A DNA stretch of 64,000 bases from a virus. Shown piece by piece: positions 9,409 through 18,875 of this stretch (the first letter of the stretch is position 1; each line of letters starts with the position of its first letter). Where the stretch lies: the IMG/VR virus record IMGVR_UViG_3300037067_022550, one strand, 5' to 3'. Position numbers and translations under genes: made by a program. The notes under the pieces are model-generated. The model did no database searches, was not told where the DNA came from, and saw only the letters and a program-made list of their open reading frames with translations.

Positions 9409-10929
9409 TCACCAAACTTCTAACAATGCTACAGCAAAATCTCTAGCTATTTTACCATAATCACCATAAGTAATAACATGTTCTCCTCCTTGTACTACTT
9501 CATTTCTAACTTTTTCATCATAAACTATTTCTTCTTTCTTAACATCATAAATTTCTTTTAAAACAAGACGCTTATTTTCTCCGTTAACTTCATAAAGTTC
9601 CATTAAAGGATTTTTGGAATATTTATCTTTTTTAATTTCTTCAACTAGATTAACTTTTGTACCATCCCTTTTCCTTAACATATAAAAACCGCCAGGACCA
9701 ATACTAGGAACATCTTTTAAATAAGAAGGTACACCAGAATGAATATTAAAATCCTGAAAAAGAACTTGTCCCCCTCTACTAAAAGCATTCTGACTACCAT
9801 TAAAAATCAATTCTTGTGCAATCTGTTTTAATTGTTTGGCATCCATTCCCTCTAATAATGGAGCATACATAATATTAACATATGCTATTCCCAAAGCTCC
9901 TGCATAATTGCTTTGCATGGATGCTAAACGAGTATTTAAATGACCAGTTAGAACAGAAGCACTTTTAGCTGGTTTTGACGCTGTGTTTAAATTTAGCAAA
10001 TCAGTTAAACCATATTTTTTTAAATATTCCAAAGAATGGGAAGAACAATAAACTCTATCAGGATAACCTAAATCATGTAAATAAATAACTCCGTTTTCAT
10101 GAGCACGCTTTACATCTGTTGTAAAAACAGTGTCTAAAGCCCATTGTTTTAAAACCAGTTCTGCTATCCCAAGGTTAACCATTTCAGTATTATTGTTAAC
10201 TATATTACTGTTTTCAACAGATTTGGCACTCATTAAATTTTCAATGAAATCTTTTGGAATAGAATATGAAGACAAGTCTTTTAGTTCTTCTTTGAACCCT
10301 TTTTCAGCCAATTCGTTATTAACCATTTCTCTAATTAATTTAGTACTTATGCTCTTTAATCCGCTAGATATAATTTGATTTTCAACTGTTTTAGCAACAG
10401 ATACAGCAATGTCTTCAGGAAGGTTAACTGTTTCTATTAAATGTTGAACTATTTTGTTGTGATCCCAAGATGAACTTTCTTTACTTGTCATTGATTCCAC
10501 AATAAGCATACTAGCATCAGTTAAATCTTTAATAGATTTTTTGCTGCGTTTTACTTTTATACTGTTTCTTATCAACTCCTTTTGCTTTCTAAATTTTTTA
10601 TATGCAGGAAGTATAACAGAAAGATTTGATTCTGATAAAACAATTTCAACCAACTCCTTTATGTTTTCGGCATCAACAATCCTTTTACCCTTGTCATCAG
10701 CTGCAACATAAAATTCATCCTTTTTATCATTTAAATGATCAATAACAGAATCAACTATTTTTAAAACATCTCCATCTTTAAAATCAATTTTTTTACTAGC
10801 AGAAGTGTCCCTTGCTGCTTTCTTAATTGCATTTTCTATCTTTTCCCTTTTAAAGGCAACCAATACCCCATGCTTGTTCCTAAAACCATTAATTTTATTT
10901 TCAGATTGAACAACAGAATTATCACTCAT
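9409..10929 (-). CDS. nrdD: anaerobic ribonucleotide reductase NrdD, N-terminal part (ends at TGA; +1 frameshift relative to downstream part)
   Basis: 506-aa ORF continuous with the NrdD body. Stops at 9409-9411, while the downstream frame opens at 9419. Confidence 0.8.
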   Translation of the reverse strand: MSDNSVVQSENKINGFRNKHGVLVAFKREKIENAIKKAARDTSASKKIDFKDGDVLKIVDSVIDHLNDKKDEFYVAADDKGKRIVDAENIKELVEIVLSESNLSVILPAYKKFRKQKELIRNSIKVKRSKKSIKDLTDASMLIVESMTSKESSSWDHNKIVQHLIETVNLPEDIAVSVAKTVENQIISSGLKSISTKLIREMVNNELAEKGFKEELKDLSSYSIPKDFIENLMSAKSVENSNIVNNNTEMVNLGIAELVLKQWALDTVFTTDVKRAHENGVIYLHDLGYPDRVYCSSHSLEYLKKYGLTDLLNLNTASKPAKSASVLTGHLNTRLASMQSNYAGALGIAYVNIMYAPLLEGMDAKQLKQIAQELIFNGSQNAFSRGGQVLFQDFNIHSGVPSYLKDVPSIGPGGFYMLRKRDGTKVNLVEEIKKDKYSKNPLMELYEVNGENKRLVLKEIYDVKKEEIVYDEKVRNEVVQGGEHVITYGDYGKIARDFAVALLEVW

Positions 10930-11135
10930 TTATTTCTCCTGATTTTGTATATTAAAAAATTAAAACACTTATTAGCATCATATTAACTTCATATAAAAAA
11001 AAGATTAACCTACAAAAAAATTTAAAAAAATTATACTATTTTATTTCCATTATTATACTTCATTTTTTTCATTTTTTTTAAAAAAATATACACTTCAAAA
11101 TATAGTTTAAATCAATAGTAACAACTAATGATATA

Positions 11136-11495
11136 TTATATGAATTCCGGATAATAATGAACAAACAAATCCATAGGAGGTTTTCTACCAACATTTTTCC
11201 ATGCATCTAAAATTTTATGCTCTTGTTCAATTATAGATTGAAAAAACTTTTCTTTTGAATATCCTCCATCAATAAAATCTTTTTCATATATTTTTTTAAA
11301 ACACTTAGGACACAACCCATGACTTTTTAATTGCTCTCTTTCTTGATTGTCAGAAATACTCTTTGGAGGAAATAGAATTTTTTGACAAACAGAACAAGTT
11401 GTAAAGAACCATCCAGCTGTTTGATTGATTTTGTTCCATTCATTTCTATTCATTTTTATAATTTTTTTCCCACATACTGTTTTCATTATTTTCAT
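11136..11495 (-). CDS. hypothetical zinc-finger protein
   Basis: 119-aa ORF with CxxC...CxxC (CSVCQK ... CPKC). Confidence 0.45.
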   Translation of the reverse strand: MKIMKTVCGKKIIKMNRNEWNKINQTAGWFFTTCSVCQKILFPPKSISDNQEREQLKSHGLCPKCFKKIYEKDFIDGGYSKEKFFQSIIEQEHKILDAWKNVGRKPPMDLFVHYYPEFI

Positions 11496-11521
11496 GATAA
11501 TTTATTCCAAGAATTATATCA

Positions 11522-12127
11522 TTAAATTTTAAATTTTTCTTTTAATAAAGGATAGCCTTCCATCCAATTACCTATCAATGCATCTGATTTTCCATGCTTT
11601 GCCCAATATTTTGTAATCATTTCAGTAGGCAAATTAACACCAAAATAGTCCCATCCATCAGGAATTATTCCTAATATTGGTTTTCCACCATTGGCATGAT
11701 ACATTGTGAAATCTAATACCTTGCTATTCAAAGTATTCCAAGCATGTTCTATTGGTATAATTCCGGAATATAAATATCCCTCAACATATTTAATTTTATC
11801 ACCAGAAAATTGAGATAAAGATTGAGCATTATAAAAACATTGTTTCATTTTATACCTTTTGGTCTCATAATATATTTTTTTTAAATAATCCAATTCTTCT
11901 TTTGTTAAAGACTGAGAAATGTAATGCTTGCCATGTTGTATAAGAAAGTCTTCCGGACTACTATAATAATATTGGTCTTTATTTAAAAATCCGCTTTTTC
12001 CTCTAACTTTTTGAACGGCTTTTAAAAACTCATCATTTGGATTTGCAGAAATAGTATTTTCCTTGATTTCATCAGTATAATTTGATGGAATAGCGTCTTC
12101 TTTACTCTGAATTTTTATAATTCTCAT
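11522..12127 (-). CDS. hypothetical protein
   Basis: 201-aa ORF. Confidence 0.5.
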   Translation of the reverse strand: MRIIKIQSKEDAIPSNYTDEIKENTISANPNDEFLKAVQKVRGKSGFLNKDQYYYSSPEDFLIQHGKHYISQSLTKEELDYLKKIYYETKRYKMKQCFYNAQSLSQFSGDKIKYVEGYLYSGIIPIEHAWNTLNSKVLDFTMYHANGGKPILGIIPDGWDYFGVNLPTEMITKYWAKHGKSDALIGNWMEGYPLLKEKFKI

Positions 12128-12188
12128 GTTAAATTGTTATGAAAAATAATCACAAAATCCTACTAAGATATATTTATAATTTTTATTC

Positions 12189-12216
12189 TTGACATTTTTA
12201 TGTAAAAATGTATTCT
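12189..12216 (+). promoter_or_regulatory. sigma70-like promoter (TTGACA-16-TATTCT)
   Basis: Plus-strand TTGACA at 12189-12194, 16-nt spacer, TAnnnT hexamer. Upstream of the plus block. Confidence 0.45.
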
Positions 12217-12268
12217 GCTTCTAAAAACAAAACAAATAAGGAGGTAAAAAAACATTTAATTTTTTTAG

Positions 12269-12296
12269 TTGACTTTTTCAGTAAAATATATATATT
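12269..12296 (+). promoter_or_regulatory. sigma70-like promoter (TTGACT-16-TATATT)
   Basis: Same -35/-10 style as the minus-strand family. 37 nt upstream of the 12333 start. Confidence 0.5.
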
Positions 12297-12332
12297 CTGC
12301 CACATTAAACAAAACAATAGAAGGAAAAAATA

Positions 12333-13070
12333 ATGAACTATAAACTATCAGTGTCCATCTTCTCTTTAATTACAGCAATTGCATTATGTTCTTGTTCTCC
12401 AATTGAGGGACCACAAAGGAAAATCTTAACAGAAATGACCACTATCCAATTGCCGCCAGTATCAAACCAAGACATAAATATAGAGTTTGTTTATGATGCT
12501 TCTGGAAGTATGGGGGAAACTGTTAAAGATTCTAAAGGTAAGAGTCAAAAGAAATACATTGTAGCTAATAATGCTCTTTTGTCTGCAGCCACAATTATAC
12601 AGGGATTCTCTATGGCTACAAATAGGAATATTAATTGCGGCATGTGGATGCTTAGGGGAGGAAGTCCTGCCAAAGTTTTTGATCTAGATAAATTTAATAT
12701 TAATAGATTTAATAGTTTCTGCAAAAACTTTGATGAGCCTAGTGGAAATACGCCCTTGGGACTAACAATAGACGGAGCAGCTTGTGATGTTCTTCGTAAA
12801 AGAGTATTTAAAAACTATATAGTTGTTATAAGCGACGGAGAAAGTAATTCTGGAAGAGATCCTTATGAATCTATTGTGGAAAAAACAAACTTTGCCAATA
12901 ATGAAGCAAATTTGAAATTTTTCTTCATAGCTTTTGATGTCAATTCAAGTGTATTTAAATCAATTAAAAAGCTATCCAATGTTGATGTGTTTGAAGCTGC
13001 AGATGAAAAACAACTAACAGAAAGGCTTGGTTTTATTGTAGAAAAGAAAATACTTCTGGAAAATGAATAA
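12333..13070 (+). CDS. von Willebrand factor type A (vWA) domain lipoprotein
   Basis: Signal peptide plus Cys (LITAIALCSCS). MIDAS DASGSMGE and VISDGESN motifs. Confidence 0.7.
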   Translation: MNYKLSVSIFSLITAIALCSCSPIEGPQRKILTEMTTIQLPPVSNQDINIEFVYDASGSMGETVKDSKGKSQKKYIVANNALLSAATIIQGFSMATNRNINCGMWMLRGGSPAKVFDLDKFNINRFNSFCKNFDEPSGNTPLGLTIDGAACDVLRKRVFKNYIVVISDGESNSGRDPYESIVEKTNFANNEANLKFFFIAFDVNSSVFKSIKKLSNVDVFEAADEKQLTERLGFIVEKKILLENE

Positions 13071-13076
13071 TTTGGC

Positions 13077-13104
13077 TTGACAAAATATCTAATTATGTTA
13101 TAAA
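13077..13104 (+). promoter_or_regulatory. sigma70-like promoter (TTGACA-16-TATAAA)
   Basis: TTGACA at 13077-13082, 16-nt spacer, then TATAAA. Upstream of 13155. Confidence 0.4.
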
Positions 13105-13154
13105 CATTACAAATAGAAACAAAAGTAAAGAAAAACAAAAAAGGAGAACAAAAA

Positions 13155-13904
13155 ATGTGGAAAGCACTAAAAAGACTCTTGATCGCTATTGGTATTATGG
13201 CAGAAGATCTAACAAACACAGATGGTATTAACCAAGCAGTAGTTGAACGTGGCATCAGAGACTCTAAGGAAAGAGCAAGTAAAGCGTCTGAAGACAACGG
13301 TAAATTGGCTGGTTCAATTTCTTTGTTGAAAGAACAGTTGAAGAAAGAAGGAAGACAAAAAGAAGAACTGCAAGGCTTGCTGTCCTATGCTGCATCAGTT
13401 AACGATGAAGCTAATGGAGCAAATTATGCAGAACAACTGGCCAATCTTGAAGAAACTATTAAAGATAACCAAGAACAGTATGATAATTTGGAACTTATGT
13501 ATAAACAAAACACCCAAATCATCGCTGAAAGCATTAGACAAATACAAAAGTTCCAAGCAGAATTTAGTCAACTCAAAATTAAAGTCTCTATGAGCAGGTC
13601 CATGGAAGGACTTGCCACTATGATGAAGAGTTCCATAACTGAATTGCAAGGTATGGTGGGCGGAGAAATGAGTGAATCCATGGAGAAATTGAGACAATCT
13701 GCTGCCAATGGAGAAGGGCAAATTAGAGCAACTATGGATCTTGCCAAAGAAATGGGATCTAATATTAGAAATCAACAAGAAGCCAGGAAAGCAAAAGGAG
13801 CTATGCTGTTTAAAGAATACCAAAACAAAATTGGTATTTCTAAAAAACAACCAGAAGTTGCTCAAACAACCCTTCCTGAAAAAGAAAAGATTAAGGTGGC
13901 TTAA
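13155..13904 (+). CDS. PspA/IM30 (Vipp1, ESCRT-III superfamily)-like coiled-coil protein
   Basis: 249 aa, all-helical. N-terminus MWKALKRLLIAIGIMAEDLTNTDGINQAVVERGIRDSKE resembles the PspA N-terminus. RBS AAAGGAGAA. Confidence 0.5.
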   Translation: MWKALKRLLIAIGIMAEDLTNTDGINQAVVERGIRDSKERASKASEDNGKLAGSISLLKEQLKKEGRQKEELQGLLSYAASVNDEANGANYAEQLANLEETIKDNQEQYDNLELMYKQNTQIIAESIRQIQKFQAEFSQLKIKVSMSRSMEGLATMMKSSITELQGMVGGEMSESMEKLRQSAANGEGQIRATMDLAKEMGSNIRNQQEARKAKGAMLFKEYQNKIGISKKQPEVAQTTLPEKEKIKVA

Positions 13905-13906
13905 TT

Positions 13907-14212
13907 ATGAGAAATAAAAAAATTGCAATTACAATAGTATCTTTTTTGGTGGCCGGACTAATATGCCTTGCAGGTTGCTATGACGGCTATTTGCTGACAC
14001 AAAAAGATTCTCTTTCTTCTAATATATTTGTTGTCCCATGTGCAAATGGAGTATATATAGTCAAAACAAAAGACGGCAACATTTGGTATTATCAAGTCAA
14101 TACAGATAATGGAGACGTGTTAAAATATGTTATTTTCGGAGATGTTACCACTAACTCTTTGACAAGACAATGTATCCAAACAAATGTTATTGAATTAGAA
14201 AAATCAAAATAA
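13907..14212 (+). CDS. small lipoprotein
   Basis: Signal peptide with lipobox-like LAGC. 101 aa. Start overlaps the preceding stop. Confidence 0.45.
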   Translation: MRNKKIAITIVSFLVAGLICLAGCYDGYLLTQKDSLSSNIFVVPCANGVYIVKTKDGNIWYYQVNTDNGDVLKYVIFGDVTTNSLTRQCIQTNVIELEKSK

Positions 14213-14322
14213 GGAGGAAAAAATAGACATTTAATTCCAAATATATTAATAAATTAGACCAAAAATTAGAAAAATTAGAAAAAAAAACAAAAAGATAGTA
14301 AACAAGGAAAGAAGGAGAAAAA

Positions 14323-16014
14323 ATGATTACGCTAAAAGGTAAAATTCTGTTGACTGTAGTAGTGCTTGCAATTGCTGGATTTGGAACTTGGAAATGGAGC
14401 GACAAACTGTTTCCAAAAGCTAAACAAGAAGCAACTTCTAATATTAAAGATGTCGTAAATAAGTTGCTTGCTGGAACTAACGCTGTTTTTTTGAAGGAAT
14501 CTTCGTCTATTCCTCCTGTAGTCGGAACCAGCGATTACGACAAAACCAGCAAAAATGGTAAAATTGTAGTTAATTTTCCCATTAATGTCTGGCCTGGTTG
14601 GGCTCCAATTATTGTTGCCAATCAAGGAATGGATGCCAATGATAATAGCGTATTTTTTAAGAAATACGGATTTTATGTTCAACTAAGTATTGTTGATGAT
14701 CCTGTTAAAGCAAGAGATTTGTTTGCAAGCGGACATACACATGTTCTTTGGGGAACGCTAGATATGATGGCCTTGTTTGCCCCTGCTCTTGTTAGAGATT
14801 CAAGAACCATTCCAGTTATAGCTCAACAAATTGACTGGTCTTCTGGTGGAGACGGCATCGTAGCAAGAAATGGAATTAAAAACATAAATGATCTATCTAT
14901 GAAAAACGGCATTAAGAAAAAGGTGGTGCTTTCTCAAAATTCTCCTAGCCATGCCTTTATTATGTCATTGCTGTTGGATGCAGGTATTGATCCTTCACAG
15001 ATAGACTTTAAATGGACTGCAGACGCCCCTTCAGCCGCAAAAATATTTGTACAAGACAATACCATGGATGCATTTGTTGGATGGTCTCCGGACATATATA
15101 CGGTTTCAGAAGGAGTTCCTAATACAAAACTTATAGTTAGTACGGCTAGTGCTAATCATCTGTTGGCTGACGTTTGGGCTGTCAGAAACGACTTTTATAG
15201 AGACCACCCTGATGTGGTTGCCAACCTTGTTAGAGGAATATTTGAAGGCATGGAAATGGTAAGGAAAGATCCCACCAATGCAGCTAGTTTAATGTCAAAG
15301 GCATATAGTCTTCCGGAAGGAGATTGTTTGGCCATGATTGGAAAAGATGGTGGTATTACAAGCGGAGATGCACACCTTACTAATTATCGCGAAAACTTTA
15401 AATTCTTTCTTGAACCCAATAATCCTTCAAGTTTTGATGTTGTATGGAATAGATCTTCTGCTATTTATAGTGGGCTTGGAGCAATTGATACTATAGTAGT
15501 AGCATCTAAAGTTAAAGCTTCTAAGATTATATCTGAAATGTCAGAAGAATACAAAGATTCTACAGATTTGTCTCAAGCAACATTTAAGCCAAATGCTGTT
15601 TTCGGCAAAGCTGAATCAGACGCCAATCAGATTCTAACTAAAGCTGTTATTATTAATTTTGAACCTAACAAATCTGAAATTAATACTAACTATGATACTA
15701 ATATTCCTGTTACTATAGAAGAAATTGGCAAACTGGCAGGATCTTTTGGTAATGCCTACATAGTTATTGAAGGAAATACAGACGCAAGCAGAAAAGGTCT
15801 TATCCCAGCAGATTTGGTTAGACAACTTTCCTATGATAGAGCAGATTCAGTTAAAAAGTATATCATTAGTAAATATAAATTTGATAATGATAAATTCAAG
15901 GTTATAGGCAATGGATGGGAAAATCCTCTTGCAGGTATGACTGACCCAAGCAATACGGAAGCTAATAAGAAAAACCGTAGGGTTGAAGTAAAGGTTTTCT
16001 CTCTAGAACAATAA
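14323..16014 (+). CDS. ABC-type substrate-binding-like domain fused to C-terminal OmpA peptidoglycan-binding domain
   Basis: N-terminal TM/signal anchor. Periplasmic-binding-like body. C-terminal OmpA_C motif NTDASRKG...LSYDRADSVKKYI...NRRVEVKVF. Confidence 0.6.
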   Translation: MITLKGKILLTVVVLAIAGFGTWKWSDKLFPKAKQEATSNIKDVVNKLLAGTNAVFLKESSSIPPVVGTSDYDKTSKNGKIVVNFPINVWPGWAPIIVANQGMDANDNSVFFKKYGFYVQLSIVDDPVKARDLFASGHTHVLWGTLDMMALFAPALVRDSRTIPVIAQQIDWSSGGDGIVARNGIKNINDLSMKNGIKKKVVLSQNSPSHAFIMSLLLDAGIDPSQIDFKWTADAPSAAKIFVQDNTMDAFVGWSPDIYTVSEGVPNTKLIVSTASANHLLADVWAVRNDFYRDHPDVVANLVRGIFEGMEMVRKDPTNAASLMSKAYSLPEGDCLAMIGKDGGITSGDAHLTNYRENFKFFLEPNNPSSFDVVWNRSSAIYSGLGAIDTIVVASKVKASKIISEMSEEYKDSTDLSQATFKPNAVFGKAESDANQILTKAVIINFEPNKSEINTNYDTNIPVTIEEIGKLAGSFGNAYIVIEGNTDASRKGLIPADLVRQLSYDRADSVKKYIISKYKFDNDKFKVIGNGWENPLAGMTDPSNTEANKKNRRVEVKVFSLEQ

Positions 16015-16075
16015 CTAAGTTCAAATAAACAGGTTGGGTAGCCAATAATTAAAATGGCTACCCAACCTCTGCATA

Positions 16076-16945
16076 ATGGTAATATTCATGATTAACTTTG
16101 TTTTATTTTCAATATTTTTTTCTATAGCTGTTGTTATAGCTGCAACAATTATAAATCCAACAATAAGAAAGAAAATATCATATAAAAAATCAGTCTCTCT
16201 AACCGCGTCTTTTATTATTTTAACTTTGCTTGGATGGTGGTTAGTTACAGCAGGAAGCGTAATAGAAGAAAGAATTCTTTCGCCAATTATTCTTCCAAAT
16301 CCAGTTGAAGTTATTCAAGCATTTCCAGATCTTCACTTTAATCAGAACTTAGTGAGAAGTGCCTTTACATCATTTACAAGAGTTGGCATTGGGTTTTTAT
16401 TGGCAACTTTAGTAGCCATAACATTGGGAACATATATGGCTTCTTTTAGTTGCATATCAGATTTTTTTAAGCCACTGGCATTAGTTAGTGCATATGTCCC
16501 AATTATAGTTTTCGTTCCATTAACATTGGCATGGTGGGGAACTAGCGAAACACAAAAAATCGGCTTCCTGTTTATAGCTTGTTTTGTTGCCCTACTTCCT
16601 TTGGTAATTAAAGCGATAAATAATGTTAACTCATCTCTAGTAGATGTTGCATTAACAAAAGGAGCATCTAGTCGGCAAATATTAAGGCATGTTCTATTGC
16701 CAGTATCTATGCCAGAAATATGGGAACATCTAAGGGGAGTATACGGGGTTGGCTGGGGTTGGATTATATTGGCAGAAGTTGTTAATGCCCAAAACGGACT
16801 TGGCTATCTTATATCTGTTTCAGAAAGAAGGGGACATACCAATTCAACATTTGCAGTTATTATAGTAATTGTTTTAATAGCTATTCTTTGTGATAAAATA
16901 TGGGTTTGTATTGGTAAAAAACTTTTCCCTTATAAAAATAGATAA
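16076..16945 (+). CDS. ABC transporter permease (NitT/TauT-like)
   Basis: About 6 TM segments. EAA-like loop TKGASSRQILRHVLLP. Confidence 0.75.
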   Translation: MVIFMINFVLFSIFFSIAVVIAATIINPTIRKKISYKKSVSLTASFIILTLLGWWLVTAGSVIEERILSPIILPNPVEVIQAFPDLHFNQNLVRSAFTSFTRVGIGFLLATLVAITLGTYMASFSCISDFFKPLALVSAYVPIIVFVPLTLAWWGTSETQKIGFLFIACFVALLPLVIKAINNVNSSLVDVALTKGASSRQILRHVLLPVSMPEIWEHLRGVYGVGWGWIILAEVVNAQNGLGYLISVSERRGHTNSTFAVIIVIVLIAILCDKIWVCIGKKLFPYKNR

Positions 16946-16963
16946 TAAGAAATTTTAAAAAAT

Positions 16964-17929
16964 ATGAAAATTAAAAATATAGTTAATTGTTTCTGGACAA
17001 CACCTGATAAAAATGTTAATAAAGAAAATACCCCTGTAATTATAAAAGAGGAAACTTCTCCTGAAAAACAAATAGTAGAGATAAAACAAAAATTACTCTC
17101 TCCTATTCAAAATAGTAAAATAAATAATCTTTTGCCTAAACAAACAAAAACATCTGAACTGGTTGTTTTTGAAAATGTTACTAAAAAATTCGGCAATAAA
17201 GTTGCTATTCAAGACGTGTCTTTTATAGTCCATGATATTCCAAATAAAGGAGAATTAATTACAATAGTTGGACAATCAGGATGTGGTAAATCAACAGTTC
17301 TAAAAATACTGGCAGGACTGGAACCTCACTTCCCACCAACTTCAGGAAAGGTTATAGTTTTCGGAAAGAACTTGGAAAAACCATCAGCAGAAAGAGGACT
17401 TGTTGATCAAAAATATTCTCTTTTACCCAATCTAACAGTTATAGATAATATAGCCTTTGGACTTATGCTTAGAAATATTAATAAAAAAGATCGTAGAGAA
17501 CAAGCAATGGAATGGGTCAAAAAAGTAGATTTGGAAGGTTCAGAACAAAAATATCCTCACGAACTTTCTGGCGGTATGCAGCAAAGAGTCTCTATAGCAT
17601 CAACCCTTATACTTAAACCAAGAATATTGCTAATGGATGAACCTTTTGGAGCCCTAGATCCTAAAATTAGACTTCAAATGCAAGAACTTCTTATTAAATT
17701 GTGGGAAGAACAAGAAACAACTGTTTTTTTTGTCACCCATTCCGTAGAAGAAGCCGTCTACCTTGGAGATAGAATTTATAGAATGTCCCCAAATCCTGGC
17801 AGACTTGTTGAAATTATAGAAACTCCAAGACCAGATAAAATGGCATGGCAAGTTAGAAATGAAAAATGGTTCGTAGAAGCAACCAGAAACTTATTACATA
17901 AATTGGAAGAAAACACAAATGGAAATTAA
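16964..17929 (+). CDS. ABC transporter ATP-binding protein (with about 70-aa N-terminal extension)
   Basis: Walker A GQSGCGKST. Signature LSGGMQQRVSIA. Walker B LLMDEPFGALD. Confidence 0.85.
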   Translation: MKIKNIVNCFWTTPDKNVNKENTPVIIKEETSPEKQIVEIKQKLLSPIQNSKINNLLPKQTKTSELVVFENVTKKFGNKVAIQDVSFIVHDIPNKGELITIVGQSGCGKSTVLKILAGLEPHFPPTSGKVIVFGKNLEKPSAERGLVDQKYSLLPNLTVIDNIAFGLMLRNINKKDRREQAMEWVKKVDLEGSEQKYPHELSGGMQQRVSIASTLILKPRILLMDEPFGALDPKIRLQMQELLIKLWEEQETTVFFVTHSVEEAVYLGDRIYRMSPNPGRLVEIIETPRPDKMAWQVRNEKWFVEATRNLLHKLEENTNGN

Positions 17930-18875
17930 TTTTACTAGAGAATTTATAAAAAGCAAAACCAACATCGTCATGGCTCTGTCTACACTTGGTTTGGGATTTA
18001 TGTGCGGAGAATGGTACACTCTTGTACTAGGTATAATAATATACGGACTGTCAATTTTGTTTGTCCCAGAAATGCCATGGTTCAAAAATAAAATTATAAA
18101 TGAATATCAAGAAATAGAAAAACAAAATAATGAAAAAGAAAAACAGAAACTTATAGAAAAAAGAGACTCACAACTATCAACACTTCAACCCACAAGAAAA
18201 GAGAAATATTATTCTCTTGCAGAAACTTGTTTAAAAATAGAAGAAAACACAGAAAATAGTTCACAAGAATATGAATCTGTTTTTAGAAAACTAGAAGAAC
18301 TGTTGTCAACTTACCTTAAATTATTAATTATAGAACAATCACTTCAATTGTTTGTTGAATCAGAAAAAAAAGAAGATATAGAATCTTGCCTAAAAGATTC
18401 TCAAAAAGAACTATCTGATATAGAAAAAGAAAAATTAAATATACAAAAAGATCCACTGTCATCTAACATACAGTTGGAATCTAAACAAAAATTGCTTGAT
18501 TCAAAACAAGACAAAATAGCTATACTTAATCAAAGAAAAAATAAACTGGAACAAGCAAAAACTAATATAGAAATCGTCTTGTCAGAACTAGATAGACTAG
18601 AACAACAAATTAAATTAATTAGATCTGATTCTATAGCAACAAGAAATACAGATGCTTTAACTAATAAAATTGATGTTAGTATAGAACAAATTAATCAAAC
18701 AAATAAATGGTTGGTGGAAATGCAAGATTTTAAAGATGTGGTAGGCGATGATTGTCAAACCCAATCAAAAAGAATAGGATTTTTAAAATCGCCTTTAGAT
18801 AATACCACATTCAATAACTTAAAAAATAATAAGATTAAAAGGGATAAAATAATATATGAATACAAATCTGCCTAA
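17919..18875 (+). CDS. membrane-anchored coiled-coil protein
   Basis: N-terminal TM helices then long K/E-rich coiled coil. Overlaps the upstream stop. Confidence 0.5.
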   Translation: MEINFTREFIKSKTNIVMALSTLGLGFMCGEWYTLVLGIIIYGLSILFVPEMPWFKNKIINEYQEIEKQNNEKEKQKLIEKRDSQLSTLQPTRKEKYYSLAETCLKIEENTENSSQEYESVFRKLEELLSTYLKLLIIEQSLQLFVESEKKEDIESCLKDSQKELSDIEKEKLNIQKDPLSSNIQLESKQKLLDSKQDKIAILNQRKNKLEQAKTNIEIVLSELDRLEQQIKLIRSDSIATRNTDALTNKIDVSIEQINQTNKWLVEMQDFKDVVGDDCQTQSKRIGFLKSPLDNTTFNNLKNNKIKRDKIIYEYKSA

